DNA of 64,000 nucleotides, from contig CAWKDB010000011.1 in assembly GCA_963848295.1 (NCBI GenBank), positions 160,001-224,000 of the forward strand, read 5' to 3'. This DNA comes from an uncultured delta proteobacterium. Lineage in GTDB: Bacteria; Myxococcota_A; Polyangia; Haliangiales; Haliangiaceae. The notes under the pieces are model-generated. The model was not told the origin of the DNA, did no database searches, and saw only the letters and a list, made by a program, of their open reading frames with translations. Both the position numbers and the translations under genes were made by a program. This document shows positions 43,080 through 51,854 of the stretch, piece by piece; within the stretch, counting starts at the first letter, position 1, and every line of letters starts with the position of its first letter.

Positions 43080-45686
43080 ATGATCGCCGACGGGCTGGGA
43101 GTTGTCCCGTCCCTTTGGTTTACCTTGGCCGACGACGCCAGTGCGCTTTTGGTGCGGTCCGGGCTGGTGTCCACCACGGCCCTCGACGAGGCGCGCGCGC
43201 AGATCGGCGAGAATGGCGGCACACTCGGCGAACAGCTCGTCATCGACGGCACGGTCTCCGACGACGCGCTGACCGAGTTCTATAAGACGCGGCTGCTCGT
43301 CCCGCAGGTCAACCCGAACACGCTCGCCCGGCTCGCCGCGAAGGTCGTCGCCGTGATCCCGAGTCATATGGCGATCGATCTGCGCGCGATCCCGGTGTCG
43401 CTCGACGACGCCAACAACCTGACCGTCGCGATGGGCGACCCGTCGGATCGCCAAGCCGTTGACCAGATCGCGTCGTTTACCGGCGCGTACGTGGTTCGGG
43501 CGTGCGCGACCCAGATGCAGATCGCGTGGTGCCTCGCGCACTATTACGGGCATGTCACCCCGCTCGGCGAACGCCTGCTCGCCGGTCGCGCCGGCCACGA
43601 TCCGCAGCGGGTCAAGGCAGCAAAGGCCGCGGTCGCACGCACCAAGGGACTCACCGGTCAGGTCCAAGCGCAACGCCATCGCGCGATCGCGCCGGTCACC
43701 GGGCCGGTCGAGATCGTCGCCCCGCCCGTCGTCGATGTCCAGCGCCCGCCCGACGTGCACGGCGACATCGAGCCGACCGCGGTGGTCGCGGACAACGGTC
43801 CGGCCCTGGTCGACGAGACGGACGGCACGCCGCAACCCCGAGCGCGCAGCGTGTCCGGCGAGATCCGGGTGCCCCGCGCGCGCGCCGCGTCGATCAAGCC
43901 GGCAATCGAGCCCGTAAGCGACGACGAAAGCGGGCCGGTGATCTCGATCTTTGGCGAGCCAAGCGGACCGATGCGCACGCTCGAGCCGGACTCCAGCGGA
44001 CCCGTGATCGAGATGATCGTCGGCGAGCCGAGTGGGCCCGCCGCCGCGGCTGCGGCTGCGGCCGATGTCGTCGCCTCGCTCGAGGCCGACGGTGAAGACA
44101 CCGATCAGCTGCGGCCGGCACCGCCGCGCCGGACCCGCCCGGCCGAGCCCGATCCGCCGGAGCTAGCGGCGCGCCACGGCGAGGTTCAGATCGCGAGCGG
44201 CCCGACCCGCGCGGTCGACGATGAACCGCGGATCGTGATCGCGCCCGACGCGCTGCAAGATCGCACCTCGCCGGTCCCGAACCCCGAGGTGTCCGGCGAG
44301 TTCCGCGCGATCCGCCACCGCGACAGCGAGCCGCCCCCGAGCATCACGGTCGAGGTCAGCGACGACGTCAGCGCCGGTGTCGTGATCCACGAGCACCGCT
44401 CGGTCGAGTCGGTGCCGATCCTGCTCGATCGCAAGCGCCCGATGACGCTCGACCCCGATCTGCTGGAAGACGATCCCGATGACGTCGCCGAGCAAGAGGA
44501 TGACGATGAAGTCGTCGTGCTCGAGACGAAAAAGCCAGCCGCACTGGCGACCGGCCGGCCGCGGCTCGAGCGCCGCACCCAGATCGGCGTGGCTGTCGCG
44601 AGCTCGGCCGCGGGGCGCGCGGTCCGCGACACCGAAGCGACCCCGGCGGTCGGCGAAGATGCCGATCCGACGCGCGTCGACACCAGCGTCGCGCCCACAG
44701 CGGACGAGCGCACGACCTCGGACGAGATCCTCGCCGCCCCGCCGGGCCCGATCTTCGACGACGACACCGAGCCGGTCGAGGCGATCGGCCAGGCGCCACC
44801 GCCGATTCCGATGGACCGGGTCGTACCGCGCGCACCGAGCACCGGCGACGACGACGATGATGACGACGACGGTGACGTGCGCGAACGCGGCAAGCCGACC
44901 GCCGTGATGTCGGCGGTCGAGCTCGACTCGGTGATCCCACAGCGCACGACCGCGACGACCCAGTTGCAGCGCAGCGTCGACTACGATCCGGTCGACGACG
45001 GCTGGGGGCCACCCGGCACGACGATCCCACCCCCGCTGCTCGGCGCGATTCCCGGCAGCATGGCTGGCGGTTCGGCGTCGGGGATCATCCCGGTGCCCGA
45101 CATCGACTCGGCGCCGCTGATGATCGCGCCACCCGCGCCACCCGAAGCGATGCGCGCCGCGGGCGCTAGCGACGCCTCGGCGCTCGGCCTGGTCCGCGCG
45201 CTCGAAGAGGCGACGGCGCGCACGCTCGCGTTGATCCACGCGCTCGATCAGGCCGAGACCCGCGACGAGGTCATCGAGCTGATGATCGATCACCTCGCCG
45301 AGACGCATCGCCGCGCCGGGTTCTTCTCGATCAAGGGCCCGAGCCATGGCGGCGAGCTGTCGTTGTTCGCGATGGAGCCGCGACCGGCCGTGCAGCCGTC
45401 GATCTCGCTGCGGCTCGATCGCCCATCGACGTTGCAAGATGTCGTCGGCACCCGGTTGCCGTATCGCGGGCCGATGCACGACGACGCGAGCCGGACGTTC
45501 CTCGGCTCGGTGCTCGGCGCGTGCCCGCCCGAGATCCTGCTCGTGCCGGTCGCGATCCGCGAGCGCGTCGTCGGCGTGTTGTTCGGCGAGCATCGCATGC
45601 GCCACACGTTCGACGATCAGCTCGCGCTCGCCGCGCGCGCGGCCGGCATGGCGCTCGAGCGCGCGCTCAAGTCGAAGCGCGGCTAA
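43080..45686 (+). CDS. GspE/PilB N-terminal (MshEN-like) domain, long acidic/Pro-rich linker, GAF-like C-terminal domain
   Basis: LLVRSGLVSTTALDEARAQ...TLGEQLV, IPSHMAIDLRAIPV...LTVAMGDP; about 500-aa low-complexity middle; LLVPVAIRERVVGVLFGE. Start uncertain (TTG 43125 possible). Confidence 0.75.
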   Translation: MIADGLGVVPSLWFTLADDASALLVRSGLVSTTALDEARAQIGENGGTLGEQLVIDGTVSDDALTEFYKTRLLVPQVNPNTLARLAAKVVAVIPSHMAIDLRAIPVSLDDANNLTVAMGDPSDRQAVDQIASFTGAYVVRACATQMQIAWCLAHYYGHVTPLGERLLAGRAGHDPQRVKAAKAAVARTKGLTGQVQAQRHRAIAPVTGPVEIVAPPVVDVQRPPDVHGDIEPTAVVADNGPALVDETDGTPQPRARSVSGEIRVPRARAASIKPAIEPVSDDESGPVISIFGEPSGPMRTLEPDSSGPVIEMIVGEPSGPAAAAAAAADVVASLEADGEDTDQLRPAPPRRTRPAEPDPPELAARHGEVQIASGPTRAVDDEPRIVIAPDALQDRTSPVPNPEVSGEFRAIRHRDSEPPPSITVEVSDDVSAGVVIHEHRSVESVPILLDRKRPMTLDPDLLEDDPDDVAEQEDDDEVVVLETKKPAALATGRPRLERRTQIGVAVASSAAGRAVRDTEATPAVGEDADPTRVDTSVAPTADERTTSDEILAAPPGPIFDDDTEPVEAIGQAPPPIPMDRVVPRAPSTGDDDDDDDDGDVRERGKPTAVMSAVELDSVIPQRTTATTQLQRSVDYDPVDDGWGPPGTTIPPPLLGAIPGSMAGGSASGIIPVPDIDSAPLMIAPPAPPEAMRAAGASDASALGLVRALEEATARTLALIHALDQAETRDEVIELMIDHLAETHRRAGFFSIKGPSHGGELSLFAMEPRPAVQPSISLRLDRPSTLQDVVGTRLPYRGPMHDDASRTFLGSVLGACPPEILLVPVAIRERVVGVLFGEHRMRHTFDDQLALAARAAGMALERALKSKRG

Positions 45687-45716
45687 TCCTTGGGCCGAGG
45701 GCCCCCGTTCACGGGG

Positions 45717-47147
45717 CTATTTCTTTAGCTTCGCGTCGAGCTCGCGGAACCTGCGCTCGGCGGTGTCCTTGAGCGCGGCCCATAGCGCGGGAAATGCGCC
45801 GGCCAGCTCGTAGAGCTCGCGCGCTGCCAGCGCGAGCAGCTCGCAATCGAACGCGGCGACGACCTTGATCGCCGACGGCTGGCGCGCGAGCAGTGCAGCC
45901 GCGCCGACGTAATCTCCGTCGGTGAGCGGCTCGAGCTCGATCAGCGAACCGTCGGGCCGGTCGACCCGGATCGACAGCGTTCCGCTGATCACGACGAAGA
46001 ACGAATGGTTCGTCTCGCCTTGCCGGATCACGACCGTCCCGGCGCGCACGCGGCGCGCTTCGAACCGAGCCAGCACCGCCGAGCGCTTGTCCGCCGGGAT
46101 CTTCGCGAAGAACGGCCCGGTCAGCGGGTTGTCTTGCAGCGCGCGCGGCTGCGTGCGATCGCCATCGTCGGGCACGTCGCCGGTGATGTCGCCCGAGATG
46201 TCGCCCGACGACTCGCTCGCTAGATCGACGGGCTCGGTCGGCGTCGCCGGTCGCGTCCAGCCCGGAAGGCGCGGCGGAGGCGTCGGCAGATCGTCGAGGT
46301 CGTCGAACCGCGGGGTCTCGGCGCCGTCGGGACCGAGCAGCCCCGAGATCCGCCGCGCGGCTTGAGCGAGCCCGGTGACCTGCGCGCGCCGGAGGTCGGC
46401 GCCCGGCCGCGTCTGCGCGCCCTCTACCACGGGCAAGTCATCGGGATCGAGGGCCGGGACCTGCGCCCCGCCCTCAGCACCGCCGAATGGCGGCGCGGTT
46501 AGATCGCCCCCGGGGACCTGCGCCCGGCCCTCAGCGCCGCCGAATGGCGGCGCGGTCAGGTCAACCCGCTCGCGCCCCGCCGTCGGATCGTAGACATGAT
46601 GCGGCACCGCCTTCGGCAGCGGCGTGGTCTCGCCCGACGGTGGCGCCTTCCCTCCCGCCGGCAGCGGCACCGAGGGGCGCATCGAAGGACGCGGCGCGGG
46701 CGCGGGCACCGGCACCGACGGACGCGACGGCCGGGGTGCTGCCATCGGCGGAACGCTCGATGCCTTCGGCTGCCGCGGACCGGCTCCCGTGCCGGTCGCG
46801 ACGCTGCGTTCGTCGCTGCCGTCCGGCATCTCGCGCGGCGGCGGCGTCCCGGCTTCCATCTCGACCGCGGCGGGCGGCGCCTCTTGGCTCGCGACGAGCT
46901 CGGCGAGCAACGCCTGGCAACCGAGGTCGCCCGGTGCGATCTCGAGCACCGCCCGGCAGACGACGAGCGCCTGGTGGGTCCGGCCTTGATCGCGATATGC
47001 AACCGCGACCGAGCGATAGAGCTCGACCCCATCGCCGTTGCGCCCGGCCTCGCACAGAGCGCCGGCGAGCGCCACACGCAGGCCGAGGTTGTCCGGCTCC
47101 TTGGCGAGCCGCTTCTCGAGATCGCGCAGCTTCGCCGCGCGGCTCAC
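45717..47147 (-). CDS. TPR-like N-terminus, Pro-rich linker, cyclic-nucleotide-binding domain
   Basis: GTVVIRQGETNHSFFVVISG, LTDGDYVGAAALL, VVAAFDCELLAL. GTG start overlaps the upstream stop. Confidence 0.8.
   Translation of the reverse strand: MSRAAKLRDLEKRLAKEPDNLGLRVALAGALCEAGRNGDGVELYRSVAVAYRDQGRTHQALVVCRAVLEIAPGDLGCQALLAELVASQEAPPAAVEMEAGTPPPREMPDGSDERSVATGTGAGPRQPKASSVPPMAAPRPSRPSVPVPAPAPRPSMRPSVPLPAGGKAPPSGETTPLPKAVPHHVYDPTAGRERVDLTAPPFGGAEGRAQVPGGDLTAPPFGGAEGGAQVPALDPDDLPVVEGAQTRPGADLRRAQVTGLAQAARRISGLLGPDGAETPRFDDLDDLPTPPPRLPGWTRPATPTEPVDLASESSGDISGDITGDVPDDGDRTQPRALQDNPLTGPFFAKIPADKRSAVLARFEARRVRAGTVVIRQGETNHSFFVVISGTLSIRVDRPDGSLIELEPLTDGDYVGAAALLARQPSAIKVVAAFDCELLALAARELYELAGAFPALWAALKDTAERRFRELDAKLKK
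46456..46562. repeat. Two tandem 57-bp hairpin-containing units inside the cNMP-binding CDS
   Basis: Encodes DLTAPPFGGAEG(R/G)AQVP twice; each unit carries GC(G/A)CCGCC-GAAT-GGCGGCGC. Confidence 0.85.
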
Positions 47148-47728
47148 GACGGCGTCAGTGACACCTGCGCTCTGAACGTCATCGCGGGCGAGTTTTGCGG
47201 CAACGACCACTTGGCCGCGAGATCCTTCATGCAGCTATCGAACTTGTCGTTGATCGGCGGGTTGAAGGCCGCCTGCTGATAGGCGCCGGTGCCCGAGAAG
47301 CTCGCCGACACGGTGAGCGTCACGGTCCTGGCCTGCAGGCTCGTATCGGTCTTGAGCGCGTGCTCGTAGCACTTCTGGATGCTGCCGCGCGATTTCTGCA
47401 CGAGGTTGACGAACAGCTTCGACGCGGCGGCGGTGACCTTGTCGTCGACCGGCGGCGCCGCCGAGCCAGGCTTCGGCGGATGAACGGTGAGCGTGTTGCC
47501 CTCGATCGACACCACGATCTCGGCGCCCGACCCGGCTTTGCGCATCAGGTCGGCGTTCTCCTCGACGAGCTCGGCGATCCGGCTGTCCTTGGCCTTCTTG
47601 TCCTCGTTGCAAGCGTCGAGATCGGTTTGGGTCTTCGGATCGGGTTTGTACTTGGTCTCGCCCTTACAAGCGGCGAACCCCACAACTCCCGAGACGACGA
47701 TGGCGATGGCTGCACGCGTCCGCATCAT
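47144..47728 (-). CDS. Lipoprotein with coiled coil and AgmX/PglI (TonB-C-like) domain
   Basis: Lipobox FAAC; SIQKCYEHALKTDTSLQ...FDSCM...KWSLP. Confidence 0.75.
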   Translation of the reverse strand: MMRTRAAIAIVVSGVVGFAACKGETKYKPDPKTQTDLDACNEDKKAKDSRIAELVEENADLMRKAGSGAEIVVSIEGNTLTVHPPKPGSAAPPVDDKVTAAASKLFVNLVQKSRGSIQKCYEHALKTDTSLQARTVTLTVSASFSGTGAYQQAAFNPPINDKFDSCMKDLAAKWSLPQNSPAMTFRAQVSLTPS

Positions 47729-47730
47729 AG

Positions 47731-48135
47731 TTAGCGATCTTTCTGTCTGGATCCTAAGGGGTCCGACGGATGGATGCCAGGGAGCTCGACCAGCTCCCGC
47801 ACGATCTGGCCACCTGAGACGTGTTGACGAACGACACGTTCCACCCTCTCCGCATCGACCCGATTATACAAAGCTGTAGCGCCGCGAGGGCCCGGGAGCG
47901 TCGCAAAGCCGGTGCCGATCGTAGGGGCCCCCCCCACGGTGATCTCGCGAACGAGCACGTTCGGGCCTTGCGTGCAACGGCCGAAACAGCTCTGCCAGGC
48001 CAGCTCGGTGCGCTCGTGCAGCCGATTCGCGTCGATCGCCGTGCGAAATAGCTCGTGGAGCACGGCAGAGCCACGCCGGTCGCCGCATTCGGGGCCCCGG
48101 CAAATGACGATCCGATAGCGACGGCCCCCCGACAC
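47731..48135 (-). CDS. Thioredoxin-like [2Fe-2S] ferredoxin
   Basis: ICRGPECG...SCFGRCTQGPNVLV...LYNRV...RVVRQHV.GG. Start tentative. Confidence 0.85.
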   Translation of the reverse strand: MSGGRRYRIVICRGPECGDRRGSAVLHELFRTAIDANRLHERTELAWQSCFGRCTQGPNVLVREITVGGAPTIGTGFATLPGPRGATALYNRVDAERVERVVRQHVSGGQIVRELVELPGIHPSDPLGSRQKDR

Positions 48136-48175
48136 CGATCGAGCCTGACGGCGGAACCGACGACTGTCAACTATG

Positions 48176-49966
48176 TCATTCCACGAGCGCGTCGTTGATC
48201 GCGGTGACGAGGCTCGGCACGGTGCGTGGATCGAGCGCGATCTGATGCAGGAGCTCGTGCTCTGCCGGGCCGCCGTGATCGACGAGCGCCCGCACGATCG
48301 CGCGATCCCAGCCGGCGTCGCCGGCGATCTCGTCATCGGAGTGGTACAGCAGCACGTGCGAGGTCAGCGCCGCACGCTCTGTGCCGCCGCCGATCGCGGC
48401 GAGCGCGTCGATGACGAGCACGAGATCGGGAATCGGCGTGGTCGGTGCGTCGAGGTGGCTCTCCAAGCCCGAGACCGCTGCGGCGACGTCGACCGGATCG
48501 AGCGGCGCCGCGCCGATGCCCGCGATCGCCTTCGCGACCGGGCCGAGCGACTCGGGCTGGGTCTTCGCGAGGTAATCGGCTTGGGTCAACAGCTGCGCGG
48601 TCAGCACGGGCAGGCTCGACGGATCCTTGCGCTTCACGATCAGGTCGACGACGTCATCCTTGAGCGCGAGCGGGGCCCGATCATCGGCGAGGATCGCGAG
48701 CAGCTGGGTGGTGACCTCGGGACCGGGCAGCTTCGCGAGCGTCGCGACCGCGAGCTCCTTGACCCGCTCGAACCGCGCATCGTGATCGCGCGCGATCTCG
48801 ACGAGCGCGGTCAGCGTCTTCGCCGGCTTCGCGTCTCCCGGTGGCGACCAGCCGTCGGCATCGAACGTCGCGCCGAGCACCGGTGCGGTCGTGCCGAGCG
48901 AGAGCTCCTGGCGCACGCCGCCGGTCTTCGGGTCGAGCTCGACGATATCGCCGTTCGCCGCGACCGCGAGGATCGCCGCACCCGTGTGCGCGCTCGCGAT
49001 CAGCTCGATCCTGGGGTGGTCGTACGCCCAGGTCAGCGCGCCCGTCTTGTCGAAGCCGAACACGTAGCGAAAGTACGCGATCGCGTAACCGCCGCCGGCG
49101 AACTTCATCGGGCCTGTATCGGTCGGCTCGGTCGCCCACAACACGCGTGCGCGATCGTTCGCGCTGTAGGTCGCATCGATCGGGTCGTACATGTCGCGGC
49201 CGTAGCTCGCGCGATCGAGCTGGGGCGGGATCGTGACCTTGCCGTAGGTCGCGCCTTCGCGTGTGCCGGCGACGCTGCGCGCATCGAGCTCGAACACGCC
49301 TTGCTTCGAGCCGTAGTAAGCGACGCGGCTCGTCACCCGCAGCGTCGAGATCTGCTGGTCGATGCCGCGCAAACGCGCGAGCTGGGCGCCGGTCTTGCCG
49401 TCGAGGATCGACAGCCACTGCTCGAGGTACGGCACGTAGACAATGCCGCCCTGCGCCGCGGGGGCGCCGAGCTTGCCGGCCGAGCTCACCTTCCACTCGC
49501 GGTTGCCGCTCGAGCCGTCGAACGCCGCGATCGTGTAGCTCGCGCCGTCGTGCCACACCGCGTACGCGCGATCGCGATCCGCCGCCGCGCCGACCAGCTC
49601 GCCACCCAGGCTCACCTTCCAGCGCACGTCGCCGCGGCTCTGATCGCGCGCCACGAGCTGCTGCGCCTCGACCTCGATGATGAAGTTGCCTCCGACCCAG
49701 ATCCGCGACTGGACCTCGGCGTTGGCCTTCCACAGCCGCGCGCCGGCCGCGAGATCGAACGCCACGATCGACTTCGGGCTGGTCGCTTGCACCGCGAACA
49801 CCCGAGGCTTCTGCCAGCCGTTGACCGGCGATGGCGATGGCGGCAGCTCGCGATGCGCGAGCGCCGCGGACAGGGCACCGCGATCGTTGTCGGTCATCGC
49901 CGACAGCGAGAACACGCCTGGACCGCCGCACGCGACCAGCGCGACGGCCACGATCGCGCGGTTCAC
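48176..49966 (-). CDS. Lipoprotein: PQQ-like (BamB-type) beta-propeller plus C-terminal HEAT repeats
   Basis: Lipobox LVAC; blades AFDLAAGARLWK, ARDQSRGDVRWK, AFDGSSGNREWK; helical C-terminus. Confidence 0.8.
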   Translation of the reverse strand: MNRAIVAVALVACGGPGVFSLSAMTDNDRGALSAALAHRELPPSPSPVNGWQKPRVFAVQATSPKSIVAFDLAAGARLWKANAEVQSRIWVGGNFIIEVEAQQLVARDQSRGDVRWKVSLGGELVGAAADRDRAYAVWHDGASYTIAAFDGSSGNREWKVSSAGKLGAPAAQGGIVYVPYLEQWLSILDGKTGAQLARLRGIDQQISTLRVTSRVAYYGSKQGVFELDARSVAGTREGATYGKVTIPPQLDRASYGRDMYDPIDATYSANDRARVLWATEPTDTGPMKFAGGGYAIAYFRYVFGFDKTGALTWAYDHPRIELIASAHTGAAILAVAANGDIVELDPKTGGVRQELSLGTTAPVLGATFDADGWSPPGDAKPAKTLTALVEIARDHDARFERVKELAVATLAKLPGPEVTTQLLAILADDRAPLALKDDVVDLIVKRKDPSSLPVLTAQLLTQADYLAKTQPESLGPVAKAIAGIGAAPLDPVDVAAAVSGLESHLDAPTTPIPDLVLVIDALAAIGGGTERAALTSHVLLYHSDDEIAGDAGWDRAIVRALVDHGGPAEHELLHQIALDPRTVPSLVTAINDALVE

Positions 49967-50778
49967 TTCGCACCTCCGAGTCGCGCGTCGAGCACCTTCT
50001 GCGCCGCTTTGCGCGATTCGCGCGGTGGCGCCTTCGGTGCACCGTCGACGTACTGAGTCAGCTGATCGATCGCGGCGGCGTCGGAGATCTTGGCGATCGC
50101 CCCCACGACGTCGACGCGGGCCGAGTCCGGTCCGAAATCGGGCCGGCGCAGGACGAGCCCGAGGCATTCGGCGAGCAAGGGATCCGGCGCCTTGCCGAGG
50201 TGATCGCCGATGCGACGAGCCAGGTCCGGATCGGCGAGCTCGGCGAGGGCTTTGGCCGCTGGCTCCTCACCGAGATCGAGCAACGCGAACAGCGGATCGT
50301 ACGCCTCGCGCACGCGGCCCTTGGCAGCCGCGCTCGCCGCCTGCGCGCGGACGATGCCCGTCGGATCGTGCAAGCCAGCGACGATCGCAGCGTGCGCGAG
50401 CGGATCGGGATACGCCGCCAGTGCGTCGAGCGCCGCGCCGCGCACGGAGGGGTCCTGATGCCCGGCGTAGCGCCGGAGCGCCGCGACATCGGCCGGTGCG
50501 GGGTGCGCGACCAGCGAGAGCATCGCGGGGACCGCGACCGCCGGAGCGAGCCCGAACGCGAGCGCGTCGAGCAGCGCCTCGTGTGCCGCCGGATCGGGCG
50601 TTTCGGCGAGCGCATCGGCCGCTCGCTCGGCGAGCTCCGCATCGGTCCCCGACAGCGTCGCCGCGACTCGCGCGACATCGATCTTGGCCACCTTGGCGTG
50701 CACCGGCTTCGGCGCCGCACCGGCTGTCGAACCCGCACACATGAAGACCACGGCGTGTGCCCAGGAGATCCGCGTCAT
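49963..50778 (-). CDS. Exported HEAT-repeat protein
   Basis: Signal-peptide-like N-terminus; HQDPSVRGAALDAL, LHDPTGIVRAQAASA. Confidence 0.75.
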   Translation of the reverse strand: MTRISWAHAVVFMCAGSTAGAAPKPVHAKVAKIDVARVAATLSGTDAELAERAADALAETPDPAAHEALLDALAFGLAPAVAVPAMLSLVAHPAPADVAALRRYAGHQDPSVRGAALDALAAYPDPLAHAAIVAGLHDPTGIVRAQAASAAAKGRVREAYDPLFALLDLGEEPAAKALAELADPDLARRIGDHLGKAPDPLLAECLGLVLRRPDFGPDSARVDVVGAIAKISDAAAIDQLTQYVDGAPKAPPRESRKAAQKVLDARLGGAK

Positions 50779-50852
50779 AGCGAGCGTCGTACCTAAAACG
50801 GGGTCGCGCCGCAACTTCAGGCGAGACGCGTACGTTATACACGGCCTCGCCC

Positions 50853-51662
50853 GTGGATCCCGCCGTTCTGTCGATCCTCGCCTGCCCGCGCTGTCGCGTC
50901 GCCGCGCCGTTTGCTGACTTGCGCCACCCGCGCTGCAAGTCGTGCGGGCTCGAGCCGGCGCACACCGCCGCAAACGTCCTCGACTTGATCGACGTCGGCG
51001 CCGGTGAGCCGACGCCCGCGAACACCGAGCAGCGGCTGATGGAGAGCGACCTCGTCGCGCGCGTCTATGACCGGGTGTGGCGGCCCCTGTTTGTTCGGCT
51101 CCTCGCCGGCAAGGGCGCCGGCGCGTCGGTCGGTGGGCTGTCCGGCGAGCTGTTCATTCACAAGCACAGCCTGGCGCTCGACGATCGGCCCGGCCCGTGG
51201 CTCGACCTGTCGTGTGGTCCCGGCGCGTTCGCTCGTGCGCTCGCCGCCGCGGCGCCGGGTGCGCTGGTCGTCGGCCTCGACATCTCGCGCGCGATGCTCG
51301 ACGTCGCGGCGCAGCGCACCGGCGGCTACACGAATGTCGTGCTCGTGCGCGGCGACGCCCACGCGCTGCCGTTCATCGATGGCGCGTTCGGCGGGGTCAA
51401 CAACGCGGGGGCGCTCCACGCCTACGACGACCCCGAGCTCGTGTTCCGCGAGATCCACCGCGTGCTTCGCCCGGGTGGGCTCTACGTCGGCTCGACGTTC
51501 GCGGAAGCGCCGTCGTTGCTCGGCCGGCTCGCCGCGCGCGCCGCCGGCATCCGCCGCTTCGATCCCGGCGAGCTGCGCGCCTGGTTGCAGCGCATCGGTT
51601 TTCACGACTACGAAGACGTGCGCCTCGGCGGTGCGCTCGTGTTCCGCGCCCGCCGGCCTTAG
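50853..51662 (+). CDS. Class I SAM-dependent methyltransferase with N-terminal zinc-finger (Trm112-like) segment
   Basis: LACPRC...[38 protein letters not shown]. Confidence 0.9.
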   Translation: MDPAVLSILACPRCRVAAPFADLRHPRCKSCGLEPAHTAANVLDLIDVGAGEPTPANTEQRLMESDLVARVYDRVWRPLFVRLLAGKGAGASVGGLSGELFIHKHSLALDDRPGPWLDLSCGPGAFARALAAAAPGALVVGLDISRAMLDVAAQRTGGYTNVVLVRGDAHALPFIDGAFGGVNNAGALHAYDDPELVFREIHRVLRPGGLYVGSTFAEAPSLLGRLAARAAGIRRFDPGELRAWLQRIGFHDYEDVRLGGALVFRARRP

Positions 51663-51854
51663 GCCGCGCTCGCGTAGCCGCCGCGCCCGCCGGCCTTAGG
51701 CCGCGCTCGCGTAGCCGCCGCGCCCGCCGGCCTTAGAACGCGCTCGCGTAGCCGCCGCGCCCGCCGGCCTTAGGCCGCGCTCGCGTAGCCGCCGCGCCCG
51801 CCGGCCTTAGAACGCGCTCGCGTAGCCGCCGCGCCCGCCGGCCTTAGAACGCGC
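51644..51854. repeat. 37-bp tandem repeat (about 5.7 copies) between two convergent genes
   Basis: TTAG recurs at 51659, 51696, 51733, 51770, 51807 and 51844; unit ccgcgcccgccggccTTAG(gcc/aac)gcgctcgcgtagccg. Confidence 0.95.

Noticed and set aside
45700..45726. Possible terminator CCCCG-ttca-CGGGG followed by T-rich sequence
   Set aside because: Stem is only 5 bp and the T-tract belongs to the convergent gene's Lys codons and stop; too weak to call.
51644..51854. Possible CRISPR array (37-bp period)
   Set aside because: Units are head-to-tail with no unique spacers, and no cas genes are in the window.
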